A stretch of 64,000 nt of DNA, counting the filler, from Trypethelium eluteriae (Eukaryota), in the NCBI GenBank assembly GCA_051942245.1. It is 5 parts of 5 records of this genome, joined end to end, with 100 filler letters (N's around TTAATTAATTAA, not from the genome) between each part and the next. Parts side by side here need not be neighbours in the genome. Positions count along the whole stretch, not along the records: positions 52,959 to 64,000 come from JAVECL010000838.1; 4 more parts are not named here. One strand, written 5' to 3'. Positions 60,079 to 64,000 of this stretch are shown piece by piece. The first letter of the stretch is position 1. Each line of letters begins with the position of its first letter. The position numbers and the translations under genes were made by a program. The notes under the pieces are model-generated. The model saw only the letters and a list, made by a program, of their open reading frames with translations, did no database searches and was not told where the DNA came from.

Positions 60079-62210
60079 ATGGCATCAACAACACCTCCCC
60101 ACACTCAACTGCAGCCGTCTGAGCTAGGTGAAGAAGCAAAACACAGAGAACGGGACTGCTCGTCCGCTCAATCTGAGGATCTTGAAACAGAATCCAAAGA
60201 AGTACCGGCGTCAGCACCAGCTGCTCCGACTACCAATCAGGAGGAGCAATGGGTAACTGGCATCAAACTTCTAACCATCATAACCGCAATCACCCTTGTT
60301 TATCTTCTCGTACTGCTTGATATATCGATTGTGGCCACGGTATCAATCCAAGGTCCATAGCTCAAGGCAAAGGCTAAGCCATTACAGGCTGTTCCCCGGA
60401 TTACGAGCGATTTCCACTCTCTCCCTGATATTGGATGGTACGGAGGAGCTTACCAGCTTGCAAGGTATTCCGACATAATCCTTTTGGCAGACTGACAGGC
60501 TGAGATTCTTTAGCGCAGCGTTTTTATTGCTAACTGGAAAGTTGTACATGAGTTTCAGCTCCAAGGTATGGAAACCTTTCTCGTCGTATCATCTGCAATC
60601 ATCTCACTACTTTCTTCTACTTAGTGGACTTTCATAGCATTTTTTGCAATCTTCGAACTCGGTTCCTTGATCTGCGGCGTGGCGACCTCCTCGAAAATGT
60701 TGATTGTGGGACGAGCAATTGCCGGAATGGGCAGTGCGGGTCTCCAGAATGGTTCTCTTATCATTATTGCTGCATGCATCCCCATGGCGAAAAGACCATG
60801 TATGTTCTTCCAACACCTTTGGCTTTGTTCAATGACTAAATCGTGTTACAGCTATAATTGGATTTGTCATGGGTGGTAAGTTTAGGGCAATACCTACATC
60901 AATCGTCTATTCACCCTGTCTTAGTTTCAAACCTTGGTCTGGTCATGGGACCCTTGATTGGAGGAGCATTTACACAATACACGACTTGGAGGTGGTGTAA
61001 GTCGCAGACGTTCCCTACCAGATTCCCAGTTCTAACCTCATCTCTCGAAATCAGGCTTCTATATCAACCTACCTATCGGTGGCCTCGTTGTTGCAATGCT
61101 CGCTTTCATCCGCATCCCCGACCAGATTCGCAAGCCCAAGCCCATGTCAGTTGTCCGCAACATCCATTCTGAATTCGATCTCATTGGGTTTACGCTCTTG
61201 GCTTCTGCTACTATTGAAGCTCTGCTTGCTCTACAATACGGAGGTAATGAATTCGCCTGGGAAAGCTCACAAGTGATTGGGCTCTTTTGCGGCGCCGGTG
61301 GCACATTCATCGCCTTCCTGGCATGGGAACACTACAAAGCCGACGCGGCGATGATTTCTTTCTCTGTTGTCCGACAAAGGACGGTATGGGCGAGTTGCTT
61401 GGTATTTGGACTCTTGATGGGGCAGCTGTTCTCTACATCTTATTATCTACCCGTCTATTTCCAGGGCGTCAAGGGCGCGGGCCCATTATTGAGTGGGGTA
61501 TATCTTCTTCCAAGTATCTTGGGTCAGCTCTTCTCTGCTATTGCGTCGGGAATGTTGGGTAAGTGGAAAACCCCTCAGGTAGTGTCTGTCGCTAAAAGTC
61601 CTATAGTTGGAAGACTAGGCTACTATCTACCATTTACTATAATGATGGCGATTATGGTAGCAGTTGCTAACGGTGTCCTTTCTACGCTATCCCCTGGAAC
61701 GTCCACCGGGAAATGGATTGGATACCAGATAATCCTAGGCGTCGGTCGTGGTCTCGGATTGCAAATGGTGAGACTCATCTTCTTCATCTCACATCTTCGT
61801 AGTTCTACCACTTACTGACCCTTAACCCGTGCTTGCAGCCAATCGTCGCCGTTCAGAACACCCTCCCACCCAACCAGATTGCTGTCGCCATGGCACTCGT
61901 CGTGTTTAGCCAAAGCTTCTGTGGAGCTTTGTTTCTCAGTCTCTGCGAGGTCATCTTCACCAACAGCCTCAAGACCCTCATCCCCGAGTACGCGCCCTCC
62001 GTAGATCCCCAAACCATCATCAGTGCTGGCGCGACTGGATTCCGAGCGAATGTTGGTGCAGCGGATCTGCCGAATTTATTGGTAGCATACGCGAAAAGCG
62101 TGGACCGCGTCTTTTACTTGACGGCTGGAGCGGCGGTGGGCTGTTTTGTCTTTGGGTGGGGTATGGGTTGGAAAGATATCAGAAAGAAAAAGGATGTTTC
62201 GAAAGCTTAG
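60079..62210 (+). CDS. MFS drug:H+ antiporter (DHA2, 14-TM type), multi-exon
   Basis: [76 protein letters not shown]; the exons I checked splice in frame. Confidence 0.93.
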
Positions 62211-62745
62211 ACCCTGGACTGAGAATGCGAGTCAAATTCCTGTTGGGAGTGCCTTGCAGAACATACGCATCCTGAGCTTTTGGAGAACAGGGTCAGATTT
62301 TATTGTACAATCGAAGTAGAGCGAACTCACACTGAAACTCCCTGGGAACCGACTTGTATGTTCCACATGTATTTAGTGCGGCGATAGATAAAAGCATTAG
62401 AATGTGTCAGGTATACCTACCTAAGTATGCTGACGCAATCGGCATTCGTCTTGGCATTTGTGGACCCTGGATTGGGTGTTCGCGTCTATTTCTGCGACAA
62501 GCCCCGGTAAATCTTCACTCCAGACCATCCATGCTGGCCCATGTGCCAATTTCTTGATGAAGGGCCTCGCCCTGCCCTTGGTTGCGCCGTCGTCGGACCT
62601 CCTCGTTACCATTTCAGGTACAGACGCATCCAGTCTACGACGACCTTCCCAAATTGCACAGCTGCAGCTTCCATTACTCTACCTCCTCACATGAATAAAC
62701 CGCCATCTTCAATGTGTTTCCGACTACCCCACAGTTCTACTACCA

Positions 62746-64000
62746 ATGCTCCTCCCGCGGCGCTTCCAAGCGATCTTCGCTCTCATTTTTCTCGTCCTCG
62801 TGAGTCTTGTGCTCTTCAATGCGCCGCCGTCGCGAAGGCTTGAAGTGTCAGGTCTAGCAGTCCCAAAACTGCCAGACTCAATCCCATTACCGAGAAACCC
62901 CTTCGGACCGTTGTCGCACAAGCCGCCAGAAGAGCAAGCAAATAGCACTGCTGGAGAGACACATTGGTACACGGATTGGAAATGGCGAAATCCCTTCTCT
63001 TCGGCAGTCACTCTCGATGAGAACCGTGCCGTCTTGCCACCACAGCCGCCACGACCATATATCTATACCTTCTACGATACTGCGACGAAAAAAGATGAGG
63101 AAACAGAGAAAGCAGAGCATGAACTTCTGCTCACATGGCGAAGGGCATGGTGGGCGCAAGACTTTAAGCCCATCATCCTTGGCAGGTCCGAAGCCATGAA
63201 CAATCAGCTATATGGGGAGCTTCAGAGACTTGAATTGAGGCCGGAGCTTGAGGTCGAATTGGCGCGCATGCTGGCATGGGGAAACATGGGTTCTGGAATT
63301 CTAGCAGATTGGTTGACATATCCGATGGCTGATCCAAACGATGCGATATTGTCCTTCTTGCGGCGGGGCGAGTTTCCTGATTTGCTTGCATTCGAAGGCT
63401 TGAGAAGCAGCCTGTTGTGTGGCGAGAAAGCTGTGATCAATCAGGCTGTCAAGGACGCACTTAACCACCCAGATATCAGGAACGCCAAAGATCTCTTGGA
63501 AGTACTACCAAGTGCCCTGAAACTGGAGTCTCAGCCGAACAGTATCGCTGTGTACGACGTCCGCCTTGTTGCGCAGACATATTCTCATATCGCCAATACA
63601 CTTCAGAACGCGAATCCCGAGTTCCACCTATCCCTCCTCCCTCAGCTTATCAACTCCCATCTCCACACAACCTGGCAATCATCCTTCCCCAAGGGCATCA
63701 ACATACTCATCCCGCTCAACAAAGACCCCATCACCGCCCTCCACGCGCCCCTCATCGACCTCGCCCGTAACCTCACCCAATGTCCTGCTACCCCAATCCC
63801 CTCCTCCTGCCCCCCAAACAACCCCAAATGCCAACCCTGCGTCGCGACACGCCCACTCAGCCTCAACATCATCTCCTCCTACAAAAACGACAGCGACGCC
63901 TTCACTCTCGGCATCGTACCCCACCCATACACCATGTACTCCCTAATCCACCGCACCCCAACCCTCACCACCCGCCTCGTCCGGCGCTCCTCAGCACGAA
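62746..64000 (+). CDS. Type II membrane-like fungal protein of unknown function; runs off the window and is absent from the ORF track
   Basis: Open from ATG 62746 to the window end: MLLPRRFQAIFALIFLVLVSLVLF (signal anchor)...WYTDWKWRNPFSS...IYTFYD...LLTWRRAWWAQ...CPATPIPSSCPPNNPKCQPC...FTLGIVPHPYT. Confidence 0.85.
   Translation, partial: MLLPRRFQAIFALIFLVLVSLVLFNAPPSRRLEVSGLAVPKLPDSIPLPRNPFGPLSHKPPEEQANSTAGETHWYTDWKWRNPFSSAVTLDENRAVLPPQPPRPYIYTFYDTATKKDEETEKAEHELLLTWRRAWWAQDFKPIILGRSEAMNNQLYGELQRLELRPELEVELARMLAWGNMGSGILADWLTYPMADPNDAILSFLRRGEFPDLLAFEGLRSSLLCGEKAVINQAVKDALNHPDIRNAKDLLEVLPSALKLESQPNSIAVYDVRLVAQTYSHIANTLQNANPEFHLSLLPQLINSHLHTTWQSSFPKGINILIPLNKDPITALHAPLIDLARNLTQCPATPIPSSCPPNNPKCQPCVATRPLSLNIISSYKNDSDAFTLGIVPHPYTMYSLIHRTPTLTTRLVRRSSAR

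Noticed and set aside
1..64000. CRISPR arrays, rRNA, transposase/reverse-transcriptase/Starship captain genes, RIP-type AT-rich blocks
   Set aside because: None seen: no repeat-spacer arrays, no such coding motifs and no extended AT-rich tracts.

Overview
Intron-rich fungal (Pezizomycotina ascomycete) genomic DNA. It is not one locus: five unlinked contigs (1-13175, 13276-26430, 26531-39645, 39746-52858, 52959-64000) are joined by artificial 100-bp spacers (44 N + TTAATTAATTAA + 44 N), so adjacency across spacers means nothing. About 29 protein genes or fragments can be built by hand. Core genes include a RasGAP, a Sid1-like kinase, VAP/Scs2, a UBA-UBX protein, Nop15, SMN, SERF, Hrq1 and Akr1. 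Accessory genes include a stand-alone divergent velvet-like protein, a secreted PLQIAVSS-repeat protein, a HeLo-like gene in tandem with an OTT_1508-type deaminase, a doubly lesioned 2OG-Fe(II) oxygenase, an AAA+ ATPase carrying a Som1-type helix facing a degenerate NACHT-like gene, and a Zn2Cys6 + MFS pair. The main signal these genes do not explain is a set of intergenic multi-hairpin sequences with strand-specific G-U pairing and Pol III-like signals (A-box, B-box, TATA, oligo-T). They lie at 14.1-14.6 kb (two in tandem), 37.3-37.5 kb and 7.2-7.5 kb and match no standard ncRNA I recognise. All family calls come from motif recognition by eye; no searches were run.
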